From the human T2T-CHM13v2.0 reference genome, Homo sapiens, in assembly GCF_009914755.1 (NCBI RefSeq), contig NC_060947.1: a stretch of 64,000 nt of DNA, one strand, 5' to 3'. The translations under genes and the position numbers were made by a program. Below are positions 50,552-64,000 of the stretch, one piece after another. The notes under the pieces are model-generated. The model saw nothing but the letters and a program-made list of their open reading frames with translations. It was not told where the DNA came from and searched no databases. The stretch's first letter is position 1. Every line of letters begins with the position of its first letter.

Positions 50552-53380
50552 GTAAGCATGAAGATGGTGTTGGTGTAGGGGTAGGGATTGGGACGGGGAT
50601 CCTGAGGCTGTAGATCCTGGTGGGGTCGGGGGAGTTGGGGGTGGGAGGGGCCTTTGGTCATCCCTCAAGGTCCTGACTTGGATGCCAGACTGAGCCTGGA
50701 CCGCCATCCTCTGCCGATTGTGTTTGCTCCCCTCAGACCAAGTCTCTGACTCTGAGTCGGCCCGAAGTGGCATTGGGGGGAGGGGTGTGCTCGGGGTGAG
50801 ATCATTGCCAGTGTGTACCAGGGCTGACAAGAGGGGCTGAGCTGGATTCTGTGGTCCCACTATGTGGGTGAGGGTGGATCCTCAGTCCTCACTCAGGAGG
50901 GTCCTCTTCCTCACTCCTGGCTGTTTGATGAAGGAATGGGTGGGAGATGCTCTGTTTCTGTCACCTCTGAGCATCTGCGCATCTGCGCATCTGCACCCCT
51001 TGTAGAGAATGGCTGCGGGTGCCAGGCCAGGTGCTCCCTGCAGGGCAGGAGCTCCCGCGATGATAGTGACCTCTGGGAGAAGACGCACACCTTCCCACGG
51101 GGGCTCCTCCCCAGCCAGAGCTACACTTGGCAAACCTTTGGTCCTAAATGATTTATTCTCTGAATTGAAGAAATACGGTTTACATATCTTCTAAGTATAT
51201 ATGTAGGTAGCAATATATATATTTATTTCTATGAACTAACACCTACCCTTAGTATGCATGATTCACTCTGATATCCTAGTCTACTTCCATTCCAGTCTTT
51301 GTGTTCTGTTGAAAGAATTTTTTTAAAAAACATAATTCCTCTCCCACTCTGTTGGTTTCAGGTTGTTATTAGCAGAACTCTGGAGCCATGCTGCCTTAAC
51401 AAACCCAATTTTCCTGGTGGACACTGCTATTACCTAGGGCTCTTGGCATCGTGTTTTCAGGGGCTGCCTCAGATTGTGCAATGAAGTGAAGTGGAAAATT
51501 CAAAACTTTTATTCTACCCATTCTTTCATCTGCCGTCTAGGCAGGCTACAAACCTCCCCAACATCTCTGCCGCTAACCCCCTCCAACAGACACTGCAAGT
51601 GTCACACACAAGTACCAGCTCAACACAGTCTCCAGTCTCACTCTGGGCTTTCCCTGTTTTGTTGTGTAGATTTTCTTGCTGATACTGGTGTTTTACTTTC
51701 TGTTTCCATTCTATAAATTTACAGGGTTGATTTGGGAAGCAGAGCACAGCAGCCCAAATTTGCTTGTAATGTCGGCGGCTACAGGTAAGGCACTAAATTG
51801 TAAATAATTTAAGCTGAGTTTACATTTTTACACTGTTGTGTTCCCCGTGAATGAATATGTTATACTCCTCTATGGATTTCAAGCTCTTTTTTCCTGAATA
51901 TGTCAGTATACTTCGGTAGTTGCCTCTATAAACAACTTATACATTTTTATTAGGCTTCTATTCAGGTAATTCTTGGATTTTGTTGCTATTGCAAGTGGCA
52001 TATTGTCTATCAATTGTTGTAGTTAGTTATTGCTTTCGTGAGGTGAAGATTTTGATTTTGCTGTAGTAATCTGTTGCACACCTCGTTCTGAAGGCCGATG
52101 CACTTGAATATTCCGCATACCTTTTCCTTTGAATTTTCAAGATCGATAATGGTATTATCACTAAACACTACATGTTTTTCCAATGTTCATACCACTCACT
52201 CATTTCGGTACTTACAGCTCTTTGTGTCTCAATCCTGATTTCAAATGTAGAGATAATAGGCTACATCTACTTCTCGTTCCTGACTTGAATGATAATTCTT
52301 CGAACATTTGACATTTAAGTATGTTTGCTGTTGATTTTAGGAAATGGAAGTTCTCTTTCAGTATAGGTTGCCTAAATATTTTCTTTTTTACCATGAATTC
52401 ATATTAAATTTATTTAAAAAGCTTTTTCTGTACCCGTTGGCAGGATCAAATTTTTTTCTCTTCCATTTTGTATGTAAGGAATCACAATGAAACAGATGTT
52501 TTTTCTAATGTTAAATCATATTTTATTTCCTTGGGCAGAGCCTGTTTATTCGTTTAATGTACTACTAATTTATGTAGGATATTTACTGCTGTGTAAGAGA
52601 GCTTACTTGATGTGTTCTTTTTCCATCAGGGGAGGTATGTGGTCCTCATCTGGTTTTTAAATCCAGGAGGGCTAGCCTGGGAGAATGAACTGAACAATTG
52701 TCAGTCTTTTGTATGTTCTGGAAGAGTTGATATAAGGCGGTGGTTAGTTTTCCCTGATCATTTGGTAAAATTGGCCTCCAAAGCTGTCTAACCTGGAATG
52801 TTTGAGGGTGGCTTGAGCTTTGAATATTGTACAGTTTCTGTTGTATAGTTAAAGTTTTCTTTTCCTCTTTGGATCAGTTTGGTTACTGATTTATTTTATT
52901 TCTACAAAGTGGTCAGTTTCATTTAGGATTTCACTTTTAATGGCATATTTATGATAAAAAAGTTTTATTAGGGAAAGCCTTCACACATACAGAATAACAG
53001 GAACGAATATAATGAACCCAGGATACTTGATACCGAGCATGAACATCTTTAAATACACAGCAAATCTGGTTCCAGTTAAACACTCGCCTACCTGCATATG
53101 AGCTGCTGGAATAACGTGGAGTAAATCTAAGGCATTAGACCATTTCATCTCTAAATAACTTAATATGCATTTTTAAAAGATAAGGATTTTTTTAAAACAA
53201 AAAGCCGATAGTTTTCATATCTAAAAAATTAAATAAATGATTATCAAATGTTCAACTATGTTACACACTTATCTGGCCAACTTAAACTTTATAAAATATA
53301 TATTTCTTTGATGGAGTACAAAATGTGTTAACTTTTCCCCCCACTTGCTTCATTGTGGTGGTTTCATATATCTATTATAC

Positions 53381-53413
<33 letters not shown>

Positions 53414-54174
53414 GAACATTCTACCTGCCGTCCCGTGATTCTCCAACCTCTTAAGTTACTTTTAAACTTTACATACATTAAGCTTCACTCTTTGTGCTGT
53501 AAAGATCTATGGGTTTTGACAAATGCCTCGTGCCATTGTCTTAGTCCGTTTGGGCTTCCATAACAAAAATAGTGATAGACTGGGTGGCTTATAGACAACG
53601 CAACTTTATTTCTCACATTCTGGAGGTTGGGAAGTCCAAGATCAAGGTGCTGGCAGATTTCATGTCTGGTGGAGTCCTGCTCCCTAGTTCATAGACAGCT
53701 GCCTTTTCCCTAGATCCTCACATGCAAGAAGGGATAAGGGATCTCCGTGGAGTCTGTTTTATAAAAACACTAATCCCATTCATGAGGACTCTGCTCTCAT
53801 GATCTAGTCATTCTCCAAATACCCCACCTTCTGCCTAATACCATCACCTTGGTAATTCAGCAGATGAATTTTGTGGCAACACAAATATTCAGACCAAAGC
53901 AAGCACGGAACCACCATTGCAGTATTATGCATACCAGTTTCACTGCCCTGATAAATTCCCTTGTGCTTGTCGGATAAACCCCATGGCCACCACTGATAGG
54001 TTTTTCATCTTTATAATTTTGCATTTTCCAGAATGTCATATAAATAGAATCTTATACTATGTAGCCTTTTTAGACTGGTTTCTTTCACTTAGCATAATGA
54101 ACTGAAGAGTCATGTATAACTTTGTGTGGCTTGGAACTTATTCCTTTTCATTGAGGAGTAGTATCAATGTCTGG

Positions 54175-54220
<46 letters not shown>

Positions 54221-55380
54221 ATTCACCAAATGAAATACATTTTGGATGCTTCTATTTTTGGTGATTATGAAATAAGCTATTGTATACATTCATATACAAA
54301 TTTTTATGTAGACATAAGTTTTCAAATCAATTGGGTAAATTGATTGAGTATGGCTGCTGAATCTTGTGCTAAGTCTATTTTCATTTTTTTAAGAAAACGC
54401 CAAACTGCCTTCCAAAGTGGCTGTGCCATTTTGCATTTCTACCAGCAATGAAGGAGAGTTTCCGTTGCTCCACATCTTCGCTGGCAATTGTTCTTGGTCT
54501 TGTATTCTTTGTTTTGGTTTTCTATGGATTTTGGACATTCTGATAGGTGTGCAGTGGTATCCCATTTTAGTACACAATTATCTAATGCCAAAGGGTGCTC
54601 AGTACTTTTATTATGCTTATTTGCCATGTGTATATCTTCTTTTGTGTAGTGTGTGTTCAGATCTTTGACTATTTTCATTTTTTCTATCATTGAGCTTTAA
54701 GAATTCGCATATATTGTAGAGACAAGTTCTTTATCACATATGTGTACCGCAGATGTTTTCTGCTAGTCTGTGGCTTCTGTTTTCATTCTCTTAACATTGT
54801 CCTTTGAAGAGCATAAGATTTTTATTTTAATAAAATCAACTTGGCAAATTTTTCTTTCCTTGATCATGCTTTTGGTGTTGAATTTAAAAACTCATCACCA
54901 AACTCAAAGTTATGTGGATTTTCTCTTATGTTTTCTTATAGAGGTTGTATTGTTTTTGCATTTTTCATTAGACCTATGATGTATCTTGAGTTAGTTTTCA
55001 TGGAATATGTAAGGATATGTCCAGGTTATTATAATTTGTGTATAGGTGTCTAATTGTTCCGACACCTTTTGTTGGAAAACCTGTACTTTCACCATTATTG
55101 CCTTTGTTGTGAATCACCTGACTATATGCGTGCAGGTCTATTTCTGAGCTCTATTCTGTTTTATTAATCTGTGTGTCTATTCTTTGCTAATGCTTATGTC
55201 CTCCACCAAATTCATATTTTGAAGCCCTCAGCCCCAGGGTGTCTGTATTTGGAGATGAGGCTTCTAGGGAAGTGATTAATGTTAAAAGAGGCCATAAGGG
55301 TGGGACCTTGATCCCATAGAATTAGTTTGGTTATAAGAAGGGAGAAGAGACAGAAGAAAGTACTTTTGTGCCTACATGAC

Positions 55381-55434
<54 letters not shown>

Positions 55435-55771
55435 TTCTCTCTCTCTCTGCACATGCACAGAGGAAAGGCCAAGAATGGACAGATTAATAAAGGGCCATCT
55501 ACAAGCCACGAATAAGGCCATCACCAGAAGCCAACCCCGCCAGTCCTTGATCTAGGACTTCCAGACTTCAAAACTGTGAGAAAAAAAATAAATTTCTGTT
55601 GTTTTAGCTACTCACTCAATGGCATTTTGTTATGGCAGCCTGAGCTGACTTAAGACATAACTTCAGGTGACACAATTTTTTTTTGTTTCCTCCTAGAAAA
55701 AAAAAAAGTAATTTTGACATTTAAAGTCTGTAGTTCATTTTGAGTTACATTTCTGTATGGTGCAAGATATG

Positions 55772-56049
55772 TGCAATGGCTAGTACTATGTGTCAACTTG
55801 TCTAGGCTATACTGCTCAGCTGTGTGGTCAAACAGTAGTCTAGATGTTGCTGTGAAGGTATTTTGTAGATGTGATCAACATTTACAATCAGTTGATTTTA
55901 AGTAAAGCAGTTTAACTTCCATAATGTGGATGGGCCTCATCCAATTAGTTGAAGGTGTTAAGAGAAAAGACCAAGGTTTCCTGGAAAAGGAATTCTACCA
56001 CAAGACTAACATAAAAATGCGCTGTGAGTTTCTAGCCTGCTGGCCTGCC
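55772..56049 (+). mobile_element. MLT2 (ERVL) LTR 5' portion overlapping the CSAG start codon
   Basis: tgcaatggctagtactatgtgtcaacttg...gagtttctagcctgctggcctgcc. Confidence 0.75.
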
Positions 56050-56465
56050 TTCACTGTCCTGGGGGAGGCTTGGAGAGACCAGGTGGACTGGAGTAGACTG
56101 TTGAGAGACACTGGTCTGGTGAAGATGTCCAGGAAACCACGAGCCTCCAGCCCATTGTCCAACAACCACCCACCAACACCAAAGAGGCGAGGAAGTGGAA
56201 GGCATCCTCTCAACCCTGGCCCAGAAGCCCTATCAAAGTGAACGGCCCACCCAAGCTCTGACTCCTACCCTGTCCTCCCCTGGCACAACCCCCACCCCAG
56301 CCTGCACCATTTCTCTATGAAGCCCCTGTTCTCACCCCTCCTCCATCCTCTTCCCCAAACCAGTGCCCTTCTTTGATCTCCCTGTTTCCTTCCAGGTTCC
56401 CAAGACAACCCGGAAGGGAAAAGGGACCCATCAAGGAAGTTCCAGGAACAAAAGGCTCTCCCTAA
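55924..56465 (+). CDS. CSAG3: CSAG2/3 protein (TRAG-3), 127 aa; exons 55924-56237 and 56396-56465
   Basis: 314+70 nt = 128 codons including stop. Differs from the left copy at RDT/RDA and KPR/KPQ. Naming is ambiguous. Confidence 0.8.
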
Positions 56466-59400
56466 AAGACCGCCGCTTCAAAAAAACCTGAGGAATGGAG
56501 TGGGCCAACACTATCCAGCCACTCTGACCAGCCGAACGAGGAACTCAATCAAAATGAGCCATAGCGGGACCACAAGGGCAAGGAGACCACCACCTTCTCC
56601 AGTCTCTCTTCGGACAGCCAGTAATTCCCGGGCAAGGCCAGAGACTTCAAGTCTATCTGAAAAGTCTCCAGAGGTCTAACCCCAGATAAATAGCCAACAG
56701 GGTGTAGAGTACATTTTACACCCCAAAGAGTGTGCCCCATGGTGATGAAAATAAAGTGAACATGTTGCAAAATGATGTGTGTGTCTGTGTGTCTCAAATG
56801 GTAGGGGTAGGGAGTAAGGGGAAAGAGGTGGGAGTGTGGGAAGGGAGGGGGGCATCCTCTACAATTTCTCTAATTCAACTTGCTCTTCGTTCTTTGGTTT
56901 CCTAGGGTGAAACTTTTGGTTATTGATTTTAGATTTCATTTTCTAATATAAACATTTAAAATATGCTATATATTTCCCTCAAGGACACACTTTAGCAGAA
57001 TCCCACTTTTTGTATGTACATTTTTACTTTCATTCAACTTAATGTATTTTTAAAATTCTCCTGGGACTCCCTCTTTGACCCATAGGTTATATAGGAGCTT
57101 ATTTTAAAATTTCCAATATTTGGGCATTTTTCAGATATCTTGGTGTTTGGTTTTGAGTTTAATTATATTATGGCCTAAGAAGAGGCTATCTATTATTTCT
57201 ATTCTTTTCAATTTGTAAGCTTTGTTTGATGGCCCAGAATACCATCTATCTTGGGAGATATTTCATGCACACTTGAGAGGATTGTTTATTCTGCTATTGT
57301 TGAATGCGGTGCTTTTCTTATTGTTTTATTTAGTCAGAGTAGTTAATGGTGCTTTTCAGGTCATCTATATCCTTCCTGGTTTTCTGCTTACTTTTTCTCC
57401 TAAGTACTGAGAAACAAATCAAAGAGTTTTGAGAAATGTTTAGTCCCATGAAACCACAACCACAGTGAAGGTGAAAAATATATTCATCCTCCCCAAAAGT
57501 TTCTTCCTGTCTTCTTGTTGTCAAACCATCCCTTCAGTAGAAGTGATCCAAGGTGAGCAGAAGTGAGCATCCGCTGACCATGACCATTTTCCCTACTAAC
57601 AGAGGCAGGTAGGCACAGAGAGCAGCAGTTGCTTTCACACACAGGCAGCATCCAGGAAGAAAACCAGATCGATAGTGTAATAGAAGGAGAGCTTTCTGGC
57701 CTGGACACAGGCTGTCGCTCCTTTTCTTGCACACTGCCAGTCCCCAAGTCTGGCTCTGCCTTCCTGGCTTCCCTGGCTCAGATGGGCGATTCACACCACC
57801 TCTTCATCTCCCCCGACTCCCTACAGACTGAATTAAGGGCCTTGCCACTTTCTATTGTTTTGTTGACTTGGTGTTTCCTCAGCATATATTGAATAAAAGT
57901 TTTCTGTAGGAATCAATACGTGCATGGAATGAATGAAATCACCTGGCATGGGAATTCTTTGATTCAAATTATGGAGTCTGCCCTTCCTGGGCCTCCTGCC
58001 TACATGAAGAAACCCACAGTTCCTTCACCTGTGCTCAGTTGAGTTCAGAAACCCTGTGGAAACTACCACGGAGAGGGTCACTGCAGACGCCTTCTCCCCA
58101 GGCCCAAACACTGTCATGGAGGTGAGGATGCTCCCAACAGGATGCTTCCTGTATTGGACCCCACACGTCCCCATCAGTTTAACAAGGAAAGCTGCCACCT
58201 GCAATGCCTTGCCATACAACCTGCTCACGTACACACCTTGGTCCAGCCCCCTACCCCAGACACTGTCATCTGGCAACATACGCCAGCGGTCACTGCCCTA
58301 GGACTCCTGTCCCGTTCTGTGCCAAGGGTTCAGAAGCCACAGAAGGCTATCTGAGACACAGTGGCCAACTGGAACATTTTCAAGGCACGTCCACAGCCAA
58401 TCCTTCATCTGCAGAGTCTGAGCTGACTAGTCCCAGGGCACTCCTCCTCCCATTTCTCCTCCATGCAGCCCCACTGCCCCTTTCAACTGCTCATGGGCAT
58501 TCCTGGCCTGTCTCGGCAGTTGGTCATCAGTCAGCAACCCACTCACATAGCCCAGCCTCTATAGAAGGTCCCCGGGGGATAAAACACCAGCCCCCAGCAG
58601 GCATGAAGACAGTTCCCACATCTGGGACGCTGGTGAAGGTACAAAGGACCACTGGAGTGTTCAAGAGAGGTAGCTGGCCCAGAATGACGCAGGGAGTCAG
58701 CCAAGCTCTTCCTGAGAGAGGGAAGGGGATTCTGAGGGCGGGAAGGTTGACCAGCACAGCCCTGGTGCATTCAGCCAACACTCAGATCACAGGGCCCCCT
58801 CCAGCTGGTGATGATGTTGCCGGGATTTCCCAACTCTATTCCTATTCATTGTCCTGTCCTCCCTCCTCCCTTCCCCCTTCTCTCCCTCAGGCCCCTGACC
58901 CCACCGGCCTGAAGTCTGGATTTAGAGCTCGGAGTGACAGCCTGCCTGGGGCTCTGTGGACTTGGTTTCGCATGTGGTCTCTCTCATGGACGCTAGCAAC
59001 GGCTCTCCCCAGGATCCTCCCTGGATCCTCCCTCACGGGCTGAGGGTCTCCTGTCTGCTCTCATTACCTGGCTCCTCTTCAGTCTCACCAAATCCTTCTC
59101 AAAGCAGAGAAGAAATGTCCTGTCCACATTTCAGAATTTTAAATCAATTGTGATTTTTATGAGAATTTGAATTGGTACAGCACTTTTGTAATAACATTTT
59201 AGAAATATTTTAAATGTTAAACTATTTTCACCCTTTCACTTTAACCCAGTGTCCATGTTAATATATCCTTCTTATAAGAAAACCATGTTTGCCTAAAAAT
59301 TCATATTCAGAGATGTTGATTTTATTGTAGTTATCATACAGCAAATGGGAAACAACTTATATGTCCACTAGGAAGAAAGAGTTTAATTAATTGTGGTGCA

Positions 59401-62400
59401 TGTCTACTTTAGAATTATAGAAAGTGGTTTCAAAAGTGAGAAAGATCTATCTATCTATCTATCTATCTACCGTTGTGGAAAGATCCTACATCCATTTTAT
59501 AAAGTGATAAAAGAATATCAGTATGTATATCATTGTTCTTGTATATTAAATAAAAACAACATATTGTTATAGTTTATCTGTCAGTGAGAAGCCTAGAGTC
59601 AGCAGTAAAATAATATACAACACCGTTAATTGTGGTGACCTCTGAGGGGGCGGTGGGGGTGGTGGGCGTTGTTAAATGTGGAGGAGATTTGTAAAGGGGA
59701 AAATTGTGAATTATCTACATTTCTATAAGTTTTGCAATAAGAATATGTACAATACTACATTTTAAATAAAAAAAAATTAAACCTGACAAACAGAAATACT
59801 AGCCATGTCAGTTTAAGTAACTGCTAGCCATTGCAACAGAACAACCACGAATGGCTTGCCACAACACAAGTTTATTTTATGTGCAAATAAGTTCTGATGC
59901 AGTTTGCCAGGGGCTCTCCACTCTCACGGGACCCAGGAATCCAAGCTGCTTCCACCTTGTGATTCCGTCATCTCAAGATGAAGCTGCCATGTTTGCTAGT
60001 GAAAGCGGAGAGAAAGCTTGGAAATGGCACACTGGCTCCCACATGCCTGGATGTGACAAACAATGCTTCTGCTCCTATATTGGTATAAAGGAAATGTCAC
60101 ATGACCCATCCTAACTGCAAGGACTTTACTGTTCCCATGTGTCCAGGAAGGAGACAGAGACAAAATGTGTGTGAGTACTATACCCTCCCCCATAAACTGT
60201 TACATAGTAGGTGCTCAACAAAAACAACTGTGATTCTTTGGTATTACACTACCCTTCTCATTTCTAGGAGGAGTTTCTGAGAAGGCCAAATTTGCCGTGA
60301 CATTCTCCAACTTTTTCCAGTGTCAAATATGTAACTGATGTTTTCAAATATACGATCACAACTAACTGCCCAAGAATCTTGGAAGTCTCGGCGAGAAGGC
60401 TTCCCTTTGCAATACCCTTTAATCCTTAGTAGGCTGAGCATTTTTCCTCCATTTGATTCCCGGTCAAAATGTTAACCTGTGAATTTCTGCTACCCTCCAC
60501 AAGCCTGAACACCTCTCGAGTGCCTGTAGGCACAATAAAGGCCAGTATTTTCCCGTGGAGCAGGTAAACAGACAAGAAACAGAAGGCTGCTTAATTATTC
60601 CTCTTTCATTAGAGTTGACATGTTTTCAAGGAATCGTTTTTAGACTCCTGGAGGACTCCAGAAATTTAGGAATTCAGCCTCAGTAAGTAGATGTTTGTTC
60701 CACTGGGATTTCCCAAGGTTTTTCTCATCTAGTACTCATGAGGGATGGTTTGCTCTTTGACCATTTATCTGTGCATGTATTCAGAGGCGAATTCCAAAAG
60801 GACGCCCTGTGAAAGTCTGATTTCAGGTATCAAGGTGGTTCCAAATTCCTCTCACTTCAGGGTGACATCACACAAGAACCCTTAGATAATATGGAGAAAC
60901 AGACTACTCAGCCCTTTCAGAAAACAATTAGAGAGTGTATTGAAGACAACCGGAGTGGTAACCAGGTGTCTAAACGTCACTGTCCCCATGTGAATTTTTA
61001 TATCAAAAGGATTGTTGATATCATATGGCTTCCTGGGTGAGAGACGGGACAGCCAGAGGACTTCTACTGTGAGAAGGAATGCTCCCTGTCAGGAGGTGAG
61101 CAGGGGATTCTGGGCTGTTCTGTGGGGACCAGTGAGGAGCTGATCAGCAGGCCCTATAGGTTCCGGAGTCAGACAGGACACATGGAAGTGACCCGGGGAA
61201 ATGTGCTGTAATTCTGAAAGTGCTGGGGCTGGACAGAAATGAACACATCTTGCCAGTGTCAGCTCTCAGGGAACCCAGTGCACACCAGCCCCAAATGGTG
61301 TTTGATTCTCATTGTCGCGTTCTCCAGGCCTGCTTTATTACGCTGGCCTCGAGGTCCTTCTTTTTGTCACCTGAGAGACATGGTGCAGTGCTGAGAAGAA
61401 AAATGAAGTCGCTGTCAGGAGGTCAGCCTCGGGCTGGGAGAAGTGGGAACAGCATGGGCTCTAAAGGAATTCAGAACAGGGGTCGGGTTCTGCCCTGTTC
61501 CTCACTAGCCACGTGATCCTGGGAAATACCCAGGAAATACCCTGTTTTTATATCCCAATTCACACACCCTGTGAGCCTTGGATTCTTCATCTGTAAGCAG
61601 ATGTGATAAGGACTGTCTAGTAGGACAGTTGGAGTGTATGCAACGCAGGTGAAGCACCTGACTCCGGGCCTGGTATAAATTAGAAGTTTAACAAATGGCG
61701 GATGGCTGTTATTTCCAATATTTTTTAACCCGAGGCCCTAACACTCCGGGATTTTGTTGTTGCTGTCGTTGTTCTCCAGGACTTACCAGAGAATATACAG
61801 CTCAATAGGACATGGAATAATTAGCCCCAAACAGAAGCTTCTTCCATAAAATTCAGTTAAGTATTTCCTCTCAGAGAACGCGCTTCAAAATTTGGGTGTG
61901 CAGGAGTTTCGCCCAGCCAGGTGCAGCTCGGAGCTCCTACAATCTGCGTCAAAAGACCAACTGCTTCTCTCTCTCCCAGCTGCTTTCCCACCCAAACCAC
62001 CATTTTCATCCATTTTGTTACCATCCAAAATCTAGCCCGTGCTTACAATTGGTCAAATTGCACTTGAGATAACCTAGTTGGAATGCCTTTTTTAATGGAG
62101 TCAGCTCTGGCTCTCCCTGCCCGGCAGAAAAGCACCTGGCCAGGGGCTTCTGGGCCACCCTTCCTGGGAAATTCAGCCTTATCGCTCAGGAAACCCTTGC
62201 AGATGATGGGTGTCCATCACCTAGATCTTGGGCTGCGTTCAACAGCAGTGGGACAAAAGCAGACGACACCTTCCATTCCTGCCTGAGGTAGAGATTCCTC
62301 TCTGTTCATCCCCCATTCGAAAGAAACTGCTCAGAGTTGCTTTCCATTCCAGGCTTTTCTCCCACACTCTGAGAATCTGGCTCTGGGCCCACCCAACTTC

Positions 62401-63258
62401 ATTAGAGTCAGCTCCTTCAGAAGGAACTGAAGTTTCCCAAAGCCCAAAATGCCCCAGCTCAGGGCACTGACACTCCACTACTCTCACCCGGAGCGCCACA
62501 CCCTCACCCCTCTCTTACATTTCCTCTACATCTTACAGGACTTCTCACCACCTTAATTATATGACTGCAGGTCCTAGGCTCTACAGCCCTATGGGTAGGC
62601 GTGAGTCTGGCTTACCTTAGCATCCCCACTACTAACCCAGGGCCTCCCACAGAGCAGATGCTGAGTGAACGGAAAAGAAACGAGCCAGTGAAGAGGAAGA
62701 ATTATTTATTCAGATTTAATTTCGCTTGCATTCTCAAAGAAGTCAAGGAAATCCTGGTTTGCATATTTGTTTAATTTTACAGAATAGATTGAGGTACAAG
62801 GCAAGAATCAACTATCTTTTGATTTCTTGAGTTATCTCATGTATGTTATTGCTAATTCGCTCACAATTTTAAGCAAATACTTTTACCACTGCTATTATTA
62901 TGTCACAATTCACAAAATGGAATGGATTTCCCAATTTGAGTAAAAAACAAGACTCTTACTCCTAAACTATATAAACAGCACTATGTGTGACTACTGTCAT
63001 TCATAAACCTGGATGCTGACGCTCATTCAACCATCCGTTAAAAGGAACATTTGAACAACTCCAACAGGAAACAAAGAATAATCTCAAAGTCATCCAACAG
63101 AACAGAAACCCACTACTAAGAATGCTGACTGCTCGCTTCAAAGAGTGAAGAATGGGCCTCACGTCACAGGAGGCAGTGGAAACTAAGGGATGCGGCCCCG
63201 GAAGGTGCACTGGCCCAGACCCCCTCCCACTGGCCCTGGCTGCAACTCGTGCTCAGAC

Positions 63259-64000
63259 TCACTCTTCCCCCTCTCTCAAAACCCACTCATGCAGGGGTGG
63301 GTAGGAAATGTGAGGTCCTCCACTGATCTTTACCATATGGTGCAGGACTTTCACATAGCTGGTTTCAACGAGGGCCCTTGGACCCCACAGGAATTCATAA
63401 CATGCAGGATCACTGCCGGGGACCTGCCGGTACTCCAGGTAGTTTTCCTGCACGAAATGTTGGGTGAGCAGCTTCTTGGGATCCCCCAAGATACTGTCTT
63501 CCCTCCCCTCAAACACCTCTAACACACTCAGCTCCTCCCAGATTTTCTCCTCAGGGGCACAGTCGCCCTCTCTTGCGATTATGGCCAGGACGATTATCAG
63601 GAGGCCTGCCTTGGGCATGATCTGATTGTCACCCAGCAGGCCATCGTAGGAGAGGCCCAGGCAGGTGGCAAAGATGTACAAGTGGCCGATGGGGTCCACT
63701 TCCATCAGCTCGATGCCAAAGACCAGCTGCAAGGAACTGGAAGCTTTGCTGAAGATCACAGGAAAGAAATACTGCCAATTTCCGACGACACTCCCCAGCA
63801 TTTCTGCCTTTGTGACCGGCTCCCTGGCTCGATACTTGAGGAGCAGAAAATGAACCAACTCGGCCACCTTCCTACTGAGTGCTGCTTGGAACTCGGACTC
63901 CAGGTCAGGGAAGGTGCTTGGCCCCTCCTCTTCTTGGTTGCTGGAGTCCTCATAGGATTGGCTCCAGAGAGGGTAGTTCATGGTAGTGGGGAGGCTGGAG
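63259..64000 (-). CDS. MAGEA3: Melanoma-associated antigen A3, 5'-partial (start lies beyond window end)
   Basis: [36 protein letters not shown] and [10 protein letters not shown] match MAGEA3 rather than MAGEA6 (KVAKL, EVDPIGHVY). Confidence 0.92.
   Translation of the reverse strand, partial: SSLPTTMNYPLWSQSYEDSSNQEEEGPSTFPDLESEFQAALSRKVAELVHFLLLKYRAREPVTKAEMLGSVVGNWQYFFPVIFSKASSSLQLVFGIELMEVDPIGHLYIFATCLGLSYDGLLGDNQIMPKAGLLIIVLAIIAREGDCAPEEKIWEELSVLEVFEGREDSILGDPKKLLTQHFVQENYLEYRQVPGSDPACYEFLWGPRALVETSYVKVLHHMVKISGGPHISYPPLHEWVLREGEE

Noticed and set aside
63259-64000. Possibility that the right-edge gene is MAGEA6
   Set aside because: All distinguishing residues seen (AEL, SSS, GHLY, KAGL, AREG, ILGD, QHF, WVL) are MAGEA3-type.

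Overview
Human Xq28 MAGEA/CSAG cancer-testis palindrome. Two near-identical inverted arms (1 to ~21.9 kb and ~39.7 to 61.6 kb, extending beyond the window) each carry a CSAG2/3 copy and an identical 314-aa MAGEA2/2B gene. In each arm the two genes sit head-to-head on one CpG-rich promoter, and an AluYa5 lies downstream of MAGEA2. The ~17.8-kb spacer holds CSAG1 (-), MAGEA12 (+) and a 5'-truncated CSAG4 (+). The 3' part of MAGEA3 (-) lies at the right edge. Old L1, MLT1, MLT2 and THE1 remnants and microsatellites fill the rest. Main observations: (1) the CSAG reading frame continues past its TAA into a peptide that aligns without gaps to VCX/VCY, so CSAG looks like a prematurely stopped VCX-like gene; (2) CSAG 5' parts appear to be built from a MAGE antisense promoter, an antisense-L1 start exon and an MLT2 LTR; (3) CSAG4 keeps an intact spliced ORF; (4) a young AluYa5 is present identically in both arms; (5) MAGEA12 and MAGEA3 are oppositely oriented, suggesting a spacer-inverted haplotype. 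Gene and repeat identities come from recalled sequences, not from searches.
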